From a virus: 64,000 bases of DNA. Shown here one piece after another: positions 6,415 through 15,612 of this stretch. The stretch lies in the IMG/VR virus record IMGVR_UViG_3300035128_000056, positions 1 to 64,000 of that record; one strand, 5' to 3'. The first letter of the stretch is position 1; each line of letters starts with the position of its first letter. Under the pieces are notes generated by a model. The model did not search any database. It saw nothing but the letters and a program-made list of their open reading frames with translations, and was not told the DNA's origin. A program made the position numbers and the translations under genes.

Positions 6415-7284
6415 TCATTCGGCAGCGCACGCCTCCACCCAATCGAGCACCGCGGGCACCGACGTATTCACTCCTGGGAATCCCGGCCGACCACAGCCTC
6501 GCCCGAAGCTCACGATCCCGAGCTGCTTGCCGTCGCGCACCAGCGGCCCCCCGCTGTCCCCGTAGCAGGCATCGAGATCCTTGCCACCGGCGCAGAGCAT
6601 CGTGTCGTCGAGCGCCAGCGGGTAGGCCTGCCAGCACTGCGCCCACGGCACCAGCGGTAGCTCAGCTTGCAACAGCACCGACGACCCAGAGCCGCTCTCA
6701 GACGTCCGCCCCCAGCCCAGCACCAGAGCGGTCCCGTCGTCTGGCGCGACCCGGGCAAGCTCAATAGGTGGCACACCGACAGGATCGGCGAGAATCAGCA
6801 CGGCGACGTCGTGCCCGCTGGTCGTGCTCGTCCACCTCCAGTGGTTGCGCGTCTCCGTGATCCCGATGCGCCGCCCCCCGCTGGTCAGATCCTGGGTTCC
6901 GACGAGCAACGTGTCCGCGGACGGGTCCACCTGACAGTGCGCCGCGGTCAACGCCGCGCGCTCGCCGATCACGGTTGCGGCGCAAAACTGGTGCCCGCCG
7001 ATCATGAGCGCCGCAATCCACGGAGCAGCGCCAGGCGGCGCCGGAGTCCCACCGACGACGCGCGAGACGACCTGCCGTTGGACGTCGCTGCGCCCACTGG
7101 GGAGGTAGCGGCACTCGGTCATTCCACCGGTACCGCCAGTGCTCATAGCTCCACCAGTGGCCAGCGCGCCGCCTGTGCTCGAGCCACCGGTTGCAGCGGG
7201 CGGCGGTGGGTCAGGAATTTTGCACGTGGCCGCCAGCAGTAGAGGGGCGATGGCGAGCAACGCCAGCCAGGTCCAGCGATTCAT
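6415..7284 (-). CDS. Trypsin-like (S1) serine protease lipoprotein
   Basis: Start at MNRWTWLALLAIAPLLLAATC (ATG 7284, GGAGG RBS, lipobox LAATC). Gly/Thr-rich linker, then VVGG..., TAAHC (His), DVAVLIL (Asp), GDSGGPL (Ser). Confidence 0.8.
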   Translation of the reverse strand: MNRWTWLALLAIAPLLLAATCKIPDPPPPAATGGSSTGGALATGGAMSTGGTGGMTECRYLPSGRSDVQRQVVSRVVGGTPAPPGAAPWIAALMIGGHQFCAATVIGERAALTAAHCQVDPSADTLLVGTQDLTSGGRRIGITETRNHWRWTSTTSGHDVAVLILADPVGVPPIELARVAPDDGTALVLGWGRTSESGSGSSVLLQAELPLVPWAQCWQAYPLALDDTMLCAGGKDLDACYGDSGGPLVRDGKQLGIVSFGRGCGRPGFPGVNTSVPAVLDWVEACAAE

Positions 7285-7450
7285 CGAATGGCCTCCACCC
7301 GCTCCACCTCGGTGTAACCGCCGCACCCGTCCGGTACTAGCCGCGTCATCACGATGGTATCGCTGCGCACATCCGGATGGGGAACTGTTGGCCTGGTCCA
7401 CACTGGATTGCACAGCGGACACGGAATCGACGTGCAGTAGTGCTTTGAAA

Positions 7451-7741
7451 TCACAGCAGCCCCTCATCACGAGCGACAGCCACGGCCGCGTCAACTGCGT
7501 CAGCCGGATCCGCCGAGCGTTGCATCAGCGCAGCATCCCAGGCGTCGAACACCTCGGGGAATCCGCAGAGCCACGACGCCGTCTGTTCTAGCGGCCAGCC
7601 ATACTCGACTGCCGCCTCCTCGACGAGCTCGTGCTCAGCCAGAGCTAGCGCGCAGACCGAGTCCGCGCCATCGATGACCGGGCGCACTGCTGCACATCCG
7701 CTCAACAGCGCGGCGACGAGAACTAGCTTGATGGTGTTCAT
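7451..7741 (-). CDS. Small lipoprotein
   Basis: 96 aa. MNTIKLVLVAALLSGC lipobox. Strong RBS (aggaggagagagaagtcATG). Confidence 0.6.
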   Translation of the reverse strand: MNTIKLVLVAALLSGCAAVRPVIDGADSVCALALAEHELVEEAAVEYGWPLEQTASWLCGFPEVFDAWDAALMQRSADPADAVDAAVAVARDEGLL

Positions 7742-7904
7742 GACTTCTCTCTCCTCCTGAAGTACAGGCTACCGCACATCTCGCACGGAGGCTCCGGAGA
7801 CCAGATTTCTCCAGCCATTGGGTACGGTCCCTTGGTGCGCGACCAGCTATGGCCACACCTACAACACGTGTAATGAAACGTCTTCACAGAAGCAGTGTAG
7901 CCAC

Positions 7905-8411
7905 TCACGCCGCCGGCGGCAACTCGTCATCGGTGACAGGTGGTTTGCCTGACGGCTTCGCGTTGGCTGCAGCGGCCGCCTTCTCGATCGCGCGCTTGAC
8001 CACCCGCTTCGCAATCGCCTTCTGCCGAGAGTCCAGAATCGAATCGATGACAGCTCCGCCGCCGCCCATCGCCTCGACGCCAACGTACAGCGCGAGCAAC
8101 TGGCCTAGGAACACCTGAGCAAACTCGGCCCAGGTCCCGCCGGCGGTGAGTCCAACTGCCGCAGTGGTCAGCGCCGACACAGCTGGCGGCAGCAGTCGCT
8201 TCACCGCAGGGTGCAGCGAGTCCCAAACGTGCGGCTTCGCTCGGCGCCACGCCTGAATCGCGAGCAGCATCACGGCCCCGCCAACGATCGACCACTGGCC
8301 CCACGATGCGAAGATGAGCGACACGAGCTCGTCGGGTGGCGTCGTTCCGTCGGATGCGAGCGCGACGGCGGACCAAAGGAGGATTGCGATTACTGTGATG
8401 ATTCTGATCAT
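7905..8411 (-). CDS. Multi-pass membrane protein, holin candidate
   Basis: 168 aa. N-terminal hydrophobic segment plus about three further hydrophobic stretches (WSIVGGAVMLLAIQAW, AVSALTTAAVGLTAGG, FAQVFLGQLLALYVGV) and a charged Lys/Ala-rich tail. Follows the fibre/esterase genes. Confidence 0.35.
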   Translation of the reverse strand: MIRIITVIAILLWSAVALASDGTTPPDELVSLIFASWGQWSIVGGAVMLLAIQAWRRAKPHVWDSLHPAVKRLLPPAVSALTTAAVGLTAGGTWAEFAQVFLGQLLALYVGVEAMGGGGAVIDSILDSRQKAIAKRVVKRAIEKAAAAANAKPSGKPPVTDDELPPAA

Positions 8412-8423
8412 GGTTCTCTCTCA

Positions 8424-9971
8424 TTACGGTGCGCTCGGTAGCACAACTGTCGGCCGTGGCGCCGTCGCGAGCGCAGCTACACCGCCCGGCGTGGCCACGA
8501 CATCGACCGCGTTCTCGCCATCGCGCATTGCTTCTGTCGGCGTAATCCCGAGCGTCCACGTCCGATCGACGCCAACAGCCGTCCCAGCGGGAACACCGTT
8601 GATCGTCACCTCCACACGCTCATTCGCAGGCCAGCAGCGGCCAGTGATCTCACCATATTCTCCAACACGTAGTGGGTTCGTCTCGAAGTCGGTGGCGAGG
8701 TTGCATGCATGCTGACCGTGTGTCGCGATAGCCTCGGTTGCGGCATCAATCACGCGCCCCTGTTCACTCAGCCCGACCGGATCCGTGCGATGAACGCCGT
8801 CGCCAAGCTCGCCAGCTGCCGTCGCTTCTCTACCGCGTTTCAGCAGTCCGCGTGTGTCGATGAATAGCACGCTTGGAACAACCGGCAGCACCTCATCGTA
8901 GATGGCATTACAGTACGATTTCTGCCCCGCAGGAGGATCCGCGTTGCCTGAGTATGCCGTGCGAATCACAACACGGGCGGTCGGCACAGCTGCGCGCACG
9001 AGTCCGATAAGCTCGATCATGTGCTCACCAAAGCCTGTTGGATCATCGTTGGTCCCGATGTCGATCGTCAGATGCAACGGACTGTTGCCAACGATCCGCG
9101 GCAGCACCTCGCTCCAAAACGCTGCTGGCACGACGTCTGTGTTGAGCCAATGATTGCTCAGCGACGCTCCGCCGACACTTGGGTTATAGATCACGACACC
9201 AGGATCATCGCGTCCGAAAATCACCGGGGGCAACGCGACGAGTTCGCCGTTCACCGACATCGCCTCTGGCTCGGCAACCCAGTTGAAGTTCACGTTTCCA
9301 GACGTGTGCGACCACCCGGCAGCAACCTGCACAGAGATCTCGGCGTAGGAGCCTTCCTCGAGTGACCCATAGTCGTAGTACGCAGAGATTGGTGAGTCGT
9401 CGGACGGCGTCGAGTCGTTGTCGGTGCGCAACCACAGCGCGAGTCCGGGCGCAGACTCCACCTTGCCTGTTACCCCGTAGACGACCCCGCGCAACGTGCA
9501 CGCCTCGCCCTCGAGCTGCGCGAAGAAGTTCGGGTAGTCGTCTTTTGAAAGCGCCGGCTGAGTCAGTCGGCAGCTCCACTCGTCCGACGGCAGCGTAGTC
9601 CCAAGAAACTCACCGACCGACCCCAGACAATCCCAGTCGACCGGCGTGACCTTCGTGCTTGTCTGCGAAACATTCTGTGCAACCGCAATGTTCTCGACGT
9701 CGAAATTCGTGTTCGAGAACACAAGCCCTGGGTGAGTAGACGCGCCAGCGAAATCAACGAACGCAGTCGCCGCCAGCGCCGCGTCCGCCATTCGTAGCGA
9801 TTTACTCGCAACGTCGCGCGAGTCACAGATCCTTAGATCGATGATTCGTCGCGTCGGGCTGCCCTGCTCCTGTGCGATCTGCGAAGGTGAGTAGTGCTCC
9901 GGCCCCGGCGATGCGCCACAGGTCCGAGCTACGCACATCGCTAAGCCAATCATCATGCTTAGTCTCATCAC
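8424..9971 (-). CDS. Secreted SGNH/GDSL-family hydrolase (esterase/deacetylase), probably tail-associated
   Basis: 515 aa with signal-like N-terminus. SGNH blocks VGGASLSN, IDIGTNDD and GDGVHRTD (DxxH). Start overlaps the stop of the LamG-like gene (GTGA at 9971 or ATG at 9968). Confidence 0.6.
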   Translation of the reverse strand: MMRLSMMIGLAMCVARTCGASPGPEHYSPSQIAQEQGSPTRRIIDLRICDSRDVASKSLRMADAALAATAFVDFAGASTHPGLVFSNTNFDVENIAVAQNVSQTSTKVTPVDWDCLGSVGEFLGTTLPSDEWSCRLTQPALSKDDYPNFFAQLEGEACTLRGVVYGVTGKVESAPGLALWLRTDNDSTPSDDSPISAYYDYGSLEEGSYAEISVQVAAGWSHTSGNVNFNWVAEPEAMSVNGELVALPPVIFGRDDPGVVIYNPSVGGASLSNHWLNTDVVPAAFWSEVLPRIVGNSPLHLTIDIGTNDDPTGFGEHMIELIGLVRAAVPTARVVIRTAYSGNADPPAGQKSYCNAIYDEVLPVVPSVLFIDTRGLLKRGREATAAGELGDGVHRTDPVGLSEQGRVIDAATEAIATHGQHACNLATDFETNPLRVGEYGEITGRCWPANERVEVTINGVPAGTAVGVDRTWTLGITPTEAMRDGENAVDVVATPGGVAALATAPRPTVVLPSAP

Positions 9972-10702
9972 GTATACTCGTTGGTCAAAAAGCCCACAAG
10001 CTGTGCGCGCGTGTCCGCGTCGAGCACGCCCTCGTAGAGATCGACCTCGTTGATTTCGCCGCTAATGCCGCGCGCAATCGCCCCGTTATTTCCGCTGCCA
10101 ATCGCGAGCCCAGCCGATACCTCTCCTAGACCGTCGTAAGCGTCGCTTGACGCGATTGCGTCCTCGCCGTCGTACAGCACAGCATCACCCGTCGCGGCGT
10201 CCAGCGTGAGGATCAGAACGCGGAACGAGCCATCTGCTGCAACAGCCGACGAGACGTTACCGGCACCCGGAGCAGTAAACCCAAACAAACCGTTATCCGT
10301 GCGAATACGCCAAACCTTCGCAGCCGCGATGCTCTCAAAAATGATGCGCGCGCCCGATGCTGCATTGATTGAGCACGCAACCGCGAGTGTGTGCGAATTG
10401 TGATCTTCAAGTCCAGTCTGAGCTGCTACCTTGAGATAATGAACAACCGTGCTCCCGTCCCCCTCGAACGTTGGTGTGCTTGCGGGCAGTCGCGGTTGGT
10501 TCGCGGCAGGCGTGTTGCCCAGCACGACACCCTCAACGATGCCGGTCCACGTTGCGACCGTCGTCTCCCCACCGTCGTCACCCTCAACGATGCCAGCGCT
10601 TTGAGGCCAGCGCTCAATCAAGCCTTCTGTCGGCTGCTCGTAGCTTGGCGCGGAGCCACCCCTCATCAACCCAACCGCAATCCCGATTCCGATCCCAGGC
10701 AT
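9968..10702 (-). CDS. LamG/concanavalin-like domain protein in fibre module
   Basis: 244 aa. C-terminus ISGEINEVDLYEGVLDADTRAQLVGFL resembles the LamG_3 signature. Follows the tail-fibre gene by 4 nt. Confidence 0.4.
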   Translation of the reverse strand: MPGIGIGIAVGLMRGGSAPSYEQPTEGLIERWPQSAGIVEGDDGGETTVATWTGIVEGVVLGNTPAANQPRLPASTPTFEGDGSTVVHYLKVAAQTGLEDHNSHTLAVACSINAASGARIIFESIAAAKVWRIRTDNGLFGFTAPGAGNVSSAVAADGSFRVLILTLDAATGDAVLYDGEDAIASSDAYDGLGEVSAGLAIGSGNNGAIARGISGEINEVDLYEGVLDADTRAQLVGFLTNEYT

Positions 10703-10706
10703 TAGC

Positions 10707-11867
10707 TCACCATGTCCACTGCGCCGACGACTCGGCTTGCCAGGCGCCGCCGATGCGTCGGAACGTAATGGCGTGTGGTGTACCGGTGGTGTACACCACG
10801 ACTGGGTCAGATCCCCCTGCCGGTTTCGATGCGCCCAGCAGGGTGACCGCGTATGAATTATCGAGGGACATGAACGTGAACCGCAGCCCGTCGGCTACCC
10901 CAGTCGGCAGGGTGAAGTCTCGATCGTTGCTCAACACTCCGCTGGGCAAGACCTGGTAGTCCCCGTCGGCGTAGTCGAGCGTGTGGTTGGAGTCGGTCGA
11001 GATGGAGAAGAGCTTGCGGGCGTTGTTGAAAAGGGCGTTACCCTGGCAATCTACAGCCTTCGATCCATCCGCCATCCCAAGCTTTGCGTTGCCCGTGCTG
11101 GGGTCGATCTTGGCCAGCAGTCTCTCAGTACCAACAGCATCCTTTCCCTGGATACTGTTCCCATTCGAAAGGTTCAGCCCCGCGGTTGTCGGAGCGTTCC
11201 CGCCAATGTCGATGTGTCCGGTACCAAACAGGATGCCTGTGGCAAGCTCCCACGCGCTGCTTGAGTTGTTCCATTGTGCTGCCTGGCCTGTAGCGGATCC
11301 TGCTGGTAGCAGACCAACACTGAACAGTCGCAGGTTGGCTTTGTACGATCCGATCCAGGCATCTACAGAGTAGAACTGAGTCGTCTCTCCGGAAGCAATG
11401 TCGTCGAACCCGCTTCCGCTCAGGATGCGCAGTGCGGTGCTCTCATCCCGCATCGTCGTGCCATCTGCTGGCAGGACGTATGATGCGCCGTTCTTGATTC
11501 CGTTGTTGCCGGTAGCACGCAGCAAGAACTTCCCCCACGGCACACCGGTGAAGTCGAGTTGGGGTGGGGATATCCCAGCGTAGTAGAACCGCTCTGCAGT
11601 CGCATCAGCCGTCCATCCGCTCGGCGTGCTCATCCCCGTCGGATAGTCCCAGATCTCCCACAGACAATACGTGATCCCGGTCGTATCCTCGAGTGTCAGG
11701 TCGACGGTGTCTCCGTCCACGATTGTGATGCCACCGGACTGGTTCGCCCCGCCATTTACGGAAGCGAGGATCTTGACGTATGGGGTGGTTGGCATTGGCT
11801 TGGTATCGCGGACGTTGAGGCTCCGCGCTGCCGTTGATTGGGTTGTGCGCTGCTTCCCGGACCCCAA
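10707..11867 (-). CDS. Tail fibre protein
   Basis: 386 aa, Gly/Thr/Asn-rich, in the fibre position. The track start at 11867 is a TTG; an ATG alternative (MPTTPYVKIL) is at 11795. Confidence 0.55.
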   Translation of the reverse strand: MGSGKQRTTQSTAARSLNVRDTKPMPTTPYVKILASVNGGANQSGGITIVDGDTVDLTLEDTTGITYCLWEIWDYPTGMSTPSGWTADATAERFYYAGISPPQLDFTGVPWGKFLLRATGNNGIKNGASYVLPADGTTMRDESTALRILSGSGFDDIASGETTQFYSVDAWIGSYKANLRLFSVGLLPAGSATGQAAQWNNSSSAWELATGILFGTGHIDIGGNAPTTAGLNLSNGNSIQGKDAVGTERLLAKIDPSTGNAKLGMADGSKAVDCQGNALFNNARKLFSISTDSNHTLDYADGDYQVLPSGVLSNDRDFTLPTGVADGLRFTFMSLDNSYAVTLLGASKPAGGSDPVVVYTTGTPHAITFRRIGGAWQAESSAQWTW

Positions 11868-11890
11868 CCCCCGCCTTCTGGTCTACTCCT

Positions 11891-11910
11891 CCTCAGGCTG
11901 TCTCCTGAGG
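11891..11910. other. 7-bp stem hairpin CCTCAGG-ctgtct-CCTGAGG just upstream of the fibre gene
   Basis: Perfect inverted repeat. On the minus strand it is followed directly by AGGAG, so it could modulate translation or act as an RNA end. No U-tract. Confidence 0.3.
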
Positions 11911-12402
11911 TTCGACGAGGACGTGGGTCTCGGCAGTCCCGAGTGACTTGGTAAGCTAGCCCTGCTACAGCACCGGGGGGTGAGCGTCAGGAGCAGTGGT
12001 CAGTGACCAGATTTGCGGTGTGCTCTGAGGCAGCTCTGTGTGGATACGCCACCAGCTCCGACGAGTCTGGTCTGCATGCTGCGCGGGTTGGGGTCTCCGG
12101 TTAACCGGGATGTTGCGCTCATCGCGCCCGATGTCGGCTCGGTGCGCATGCAGTTGACGCAGGCCAACCATCTGGGGATCCCTCCCCTTCACGAATCCCT
12201 GGGGAATCGAGGCCGAGTGAACGGCACCATGTCGATTGGCGGACGACACACCAAAGTACCTACTTGACAATCGGCGCCGACGCAACCATCATCTCTGGTG
12301 AGTTCTCTGGCGGACGACTCCGAAGCCCGGTGGGTCAAAACGACCTTCCGGGTTTCGTTATTTCGCCGCATCGCTGGAACCATGTTCAGTTGACCGGCCG
12401 GA

Positions 12403-13305
12403 ATGCGAGGTTACCTTAGCAGTATGAGAGCGCTTCTTCTGGCGGTGTTTGTTGTTGGGTGCGGGTCCGACGCAGGGCAGTTTCGCGATGGTCTGGCGGA
12501 GTCCGGAGGTACCGTGGGGGCCGCTGGCGCGGATACTGGTGGCTCCCCAACTGGCGGAGATGAGTCTGGCGGGACCGGGGGAGCTTCGGCGTCTACCGGA
12601 GGCAGTCAACTGACTGGCGGCACTCCGACAGGCGGATCCGCGCCGTGCCCCGTCGGATCTGAGCGCTGCCTCTGCTACGGGAACGACACCTGCGACGCTG
12701 GGCTCACCTGCTTCTCTGGGCTATGCGTGGATGCGGGGACCGGGGGGGCTGGTAGTGGCGGTGTAGAAACCGGGGGGACCCCCACTGGAGGTATTGTTGG
12801 GACTGGCGGCGTCGAGATGACCGGCGGGTCCACAACCGGAGGAGTTGCAACCGGCGGTCAGTTCCCGATCTGTAGCCCAGGCGATACCAATTATTGCGCT
12901 TGCAACGGCGACTGGTCGAACCCGGGAGTTACGGAATGCTCCTCTGACCAGCTCTCGTGGACGGAATGTGTTTGTCCGTCTGGAACTGGCGGGGCCGGGA
13001 CTGGTGGCGCTTCTACAGGTGGCCAGCAATCATGCGACTGGGATGGAGCCGAATTGCTGCAACCCACTGGACACCAAACATTAGACGGTGACGGCTGTTA
13101 TGTGCTCGGCGAAGAAGAGAGCATCTGCGTATTTTCCTTGGAAACACCAGCCGGTTTCACCGGGTCATATGAGACAGTGGATGGCGTCAGCGGCGCAATC
13201 GTCGGACCGACAAGTGCTGACAGTTCTCAGCGAGCAAACTGCCCAGTCTTGCTCGATTTCGAAACCCCGGACGTCGTCGTCATTGTTTCATGGTCCTACG
13301 AATAG
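12403..13305 (+). CDS. Lipoprotein with Thr-Gly-Gly repeat linkers and Cys-rich modules (moron, opposite strand to the tail genes)
   Basis: 300 aa. MRALLLAVFVVGCGS lipobox (alternative ATG 12424). Repeated TGG/GGT tracts, several Cys pairs. Its stop lies 4 nt from the convergent fibre gene stop. The 3' half looks lower in GC. Confidence 0.65.
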   Translation: MRGYLSSMRALLLAVFVVGCGSDAGQFRDGLAESGGTVGAAGADTGGSPTGGDESGGTGGASASTGGSQLTGGTPTGGSAPCPVGSERCLCYGNDTCDAGLTCFSGLCVDAGTGGAGSGGVETGGTPTGGIVGTGGVEMTGGSTTGGVATGGQFPICSPGDTNYCACNGDWSNPGVTECSSDQLSWTECVCPSGTGGAGTGGASTGGQQSCDWDGAELLQPTGHQTLDGDGCYVLGEEESICVFSLETPAGFTGSYETVDGVSGAIVGPTSADSSQRANCPVLLDFETPDVVVIVSWSYE

Positions 13306-13309
13306 GACA

Positions 13310-14152
13310 TCATGGCAGGTATGAAAGATGCCTTGTGACCCATGCCGAACCGGACCAGATCAACTCTGCTGAAAAGCAATAGCCGCTTGCTGTGCGCAAC
13401 ACTGGCCCGGCCCAACCAGTGGCAGTGATTGTTAGGTTGTATGAAGTGTCGGCATTCGTTATCGTGATGACGTCACCAGCAGCAACGCCGTTGCCGATCG
13501 TCCATGCCCTGTTTAGAGAGAACACCCCGTTCGGGTTGTGTAGGTGATCTCCACTGGTCAGGCTCAGAGATCTATTTCCATCTGTGGCATTCTCAAAGTA
13601 CCTTTGGCGGACGCGCCCCGTGCCACTGGTACTCACAGGAGCTGTCAGATCGAAGCCAGCGAACGACGGCGTGCCTGTGAAATCTGGGTCTCCAGGGAAA
13701 TCTGGATCTCCGCTGAAAACCGGGTCCCCGCTGAACGTCACTGTACCGGAGAAGGTATGGTTGCCTGACCACGTTGGTCCACCAGCCCACGTACCAGAAA
13801 TGGTTCCGCCACCAGACTGGAGTGTCCCAGCCATCGTGATCTGGGTCTGAAACGTCCACGTGCCGGTGGCTTGTGGGTTTCCAGCGACGACCCCAGTCAA
13901 GCTACCACCGTCGAAGGTCAATTCAGCACCCGACTCAATGCTCAGCGTGCCGGTGACTTCATGGTTGGTGCCGGCCATCGTAATCCCAGCACCGCCAATC
14001 TCGACTGCCGCTGCAGGCGCCCAGGTCCCGCCGTCGTCGCCGTTGATCGACTTGTAGATGCTCTCGTCGATCGACCAGAACTCGCCCTGAGTAACGATGG
14101 TTCCGGCTGCCCAAGCTCCTAGTGACCCACGAATGTACGAAAAATGTGCCAT
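13310..14152 (-). CDS. Tail fibre / fibre-like repeat protein
   Basis: 280 aa. Gly/Thr-rich with short repeats (SGDPVFSGDPDFPGDPDFTGTP). Follows the baseplate I-like gene. Confidence 0.5.
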   Translation of the reverse strand: MAHFSYIRGSLGAWAAGTIVTQGEFWSIDESIYKSINGDDGGTWAPAAAVEIGGAGITMAGTNHEVTGTLSIESGAELTFDGGSLTGVVAGNPQATGTWTFQTQITMAGTLQSGGGTISGTWAGGPTWSGNHTFSGTVTFSGDPVFSGDPDFPGDPDFTGTPSFAGFDLTAPVSTSGTGRVRQRYFENATDGNRSLSLTSGDHLHNPNGVFSLNRAWTIGNGVAAGDVITITNADTSYNLTITATGWAGPVLRTASGYCFSAELIWSGSAWVTRHLSYLP

Positions 14153-14159
14153 GGATCTC

Positions 14160-15119
14160 CTACGTCGCCAGCGTACCGATCGGAGTGATTCCGATCATTC
14201 CCTCTTCAACCTTGAACGGTCCGAGTTGCCCAGCCGAGTACTCCTCGACGATGTCCCATGTATCAACGGCACGCATCAGCTTGCGTAGCTTGGCGTTGAT
14301 CTGCGTCCGCCAGGAATTCGATTGTGCCACCGTCGAGTCTGTAACGATGAGCGTGTGGCGCCCAGTTGTGAACGCCGTCGGCCATGGTTCTGTCGAGACG
14401 ATTGTTCCGGAAGCGTGGGCCCGTGCGAAGTTGGCAGTAAGCGTGGTGCCGTTTACCGACTGAACATCGACGGACTCCTGCACACCGAGGACGCCTGGAT
14501 CCACGACAAGTTTGTCGCCCACAACGAACATGTCGGTTGACCCGCCGACGTAGGTGGTGTCGATGGTGTTGTCACCAATTGTGTGAACAGCGGTGTTCAA
14601 CGACCGTCGCTTGGCGACCGTGGTAGCTGGCTTCCACGTCCCAGGACGTAGGCTGATGTGGTCCCACTGGTACGGACTGACGTAGTACTCGGTGTCGTCA
14701 ATCTTGCGTACCGCGATGAGGTGGCTGCCGAGCAACTCCTGCATCGCCGTATGCACGACGTCAGCGCGACACCCTTGCGCCGCTTGCTGGGCGACATCCA
14801 GCGCGGCACGCCGCTCGTCATCGCTTGCAGTGGGCAGCGGGGTCAGTCCGTAGACTTGCTCCCAGTAGCTCAGGAGTTCGACCGACTTCGCCGGGTTCAT
14901 GTTGCCGCGGACCCGATCGAAATTCCGCTTGGCAGTCGCCAACCGCATTGCGTGAGAATAGAACCTGGCGTGGATCGTCTCGTCCACCCTCTCGCCACCG
15001 TCCGCCACCATTTCTTCGCCACCGAACGCGCGAATCATGGACTCGTAGATGGTCTCCGCCTCGGACCTCTGCGAGGTGAACCGCAAGTGCCCGAACCGGG
15101 CGAAGCAAGAGAACTTCAT
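14160..15119 (-). CDS. Baseplate/tail protein, P2 gpI / Mu gp48-like
   Basis: Start at MKFSCFARFG (ATG 15119, ATGA overlap). ELLSYWEQVYGLTP resembles the ELLP-W-E-LGL signature of the gpI/DUF2313 family. Lies downstream of the J-like gene. Confidence 0.5.
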   Translation of the reverse strand: MKFSCFARFGHLRFTSQRSEAETIYESMIRAFGGEEMVADGGERVDETIHARFYSHAMRLATAKRNFDRVRGNMNPAKSVELLSYWEQVYGLTPLPTASDDERRAALDVAQQAAQGCRADVVHTAMQELLGSHLIAVRKIDDTEYYVSPYQWDHISLRPGTWKPATTVAKRRSLNTAVHTIGDNTIDTTYVGGSTDMFVVGDKLVVDPGVLGVQESVDVQSVNGTTLTANFARAHASGTIVSTEPWPTAFTTGRHTLIVTDSTVAQSNSWRTQINAKLRKLMRAVDTWDIVEEYSAGQLGPFKVEEGMIGITPIGTLAT

Positions 15120-15610
15120 CGGTAGACCACGGTGAAGCGCATGTCCTGCGGTGACCCGCCGTATGATGTGCGGACCCGCATGGTTCGCGCACCCTCGTCG
15201 AGGACGATCGACCCGTCGACCGTCATGGCTGGGTAGTGCAGCGAGAGCTCTGGATCGAGTTTGCTTGGTGGCAGCAAGTTCGCTGCCCACGAGATCGTTG
15301 TGTCACCGGTTCCGTTGTCGACTAGCGGGAAATCGGTGGTCGTCAGGGCCGAGTTGGCGGCCCAGAACTTGTCGATCTGCGGCGTACCGGACACGATGTC
15401 GATCGTCATCATCACAGTCGGCATGCTCGCGCCGAGCAGTGCAAGCAGCTCCGCAAACCGGTTCCACTCGTCAGCTGATGGCTCGTCTGAGCTTGGCGGA
15501 TAGTTCTGGTCGTCAGCCTTTGTGTTTCCGCCCAGGTTGTCGAGACTCGGGCGATGTGGATAGATGCTGACGCCGTCGCCGTCGAATGGCGGATAGTCGA
15601 TCGCTGGCAT
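15116..15610 (-). CDS. Hypothetical baseplate-module protein
   Basis: 164 aa ORF between the J-like and I-like genes, ATGA-coupled downstream. Confidence 0.5.
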   Translation of the reverse strand: MPAIDYPPFDGDGVSIYPHRPSLDNLGGNTKADDQNYPPSSDEPSADEWNRFAELLALLGASMPTVMMTIDIVSGTPQIDKFWAANSALTTTDFPLVDNGTGDTTISWAANLLPPSKLDPELSLHYPAMTVDGSIVLDEGARTMRVRTSYGGSPQDMRFTVVYR

Positions 15611-15612
15611 GA

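Noticed and set aside
6415-7494. N-terminal 70-residue extension of the protease ORF, and similar upstream extensions of many track ORFs
   Set aside because: Internal starts give canonical signal peptides or ATGA/GTGA coupling and RBSs (for example ATG 7284 with GGAGG). The extensions have poor composition.
11868-12402. tRNA or other canonical structured RNA gene in the long non-coding stretches (also 39755-39880 and 41107-41447)
   Set aside because: No GGTTCGA-type T-loop with matching stems or cloverleaf could be assembled by eye. No rRNA-like sequence is present.
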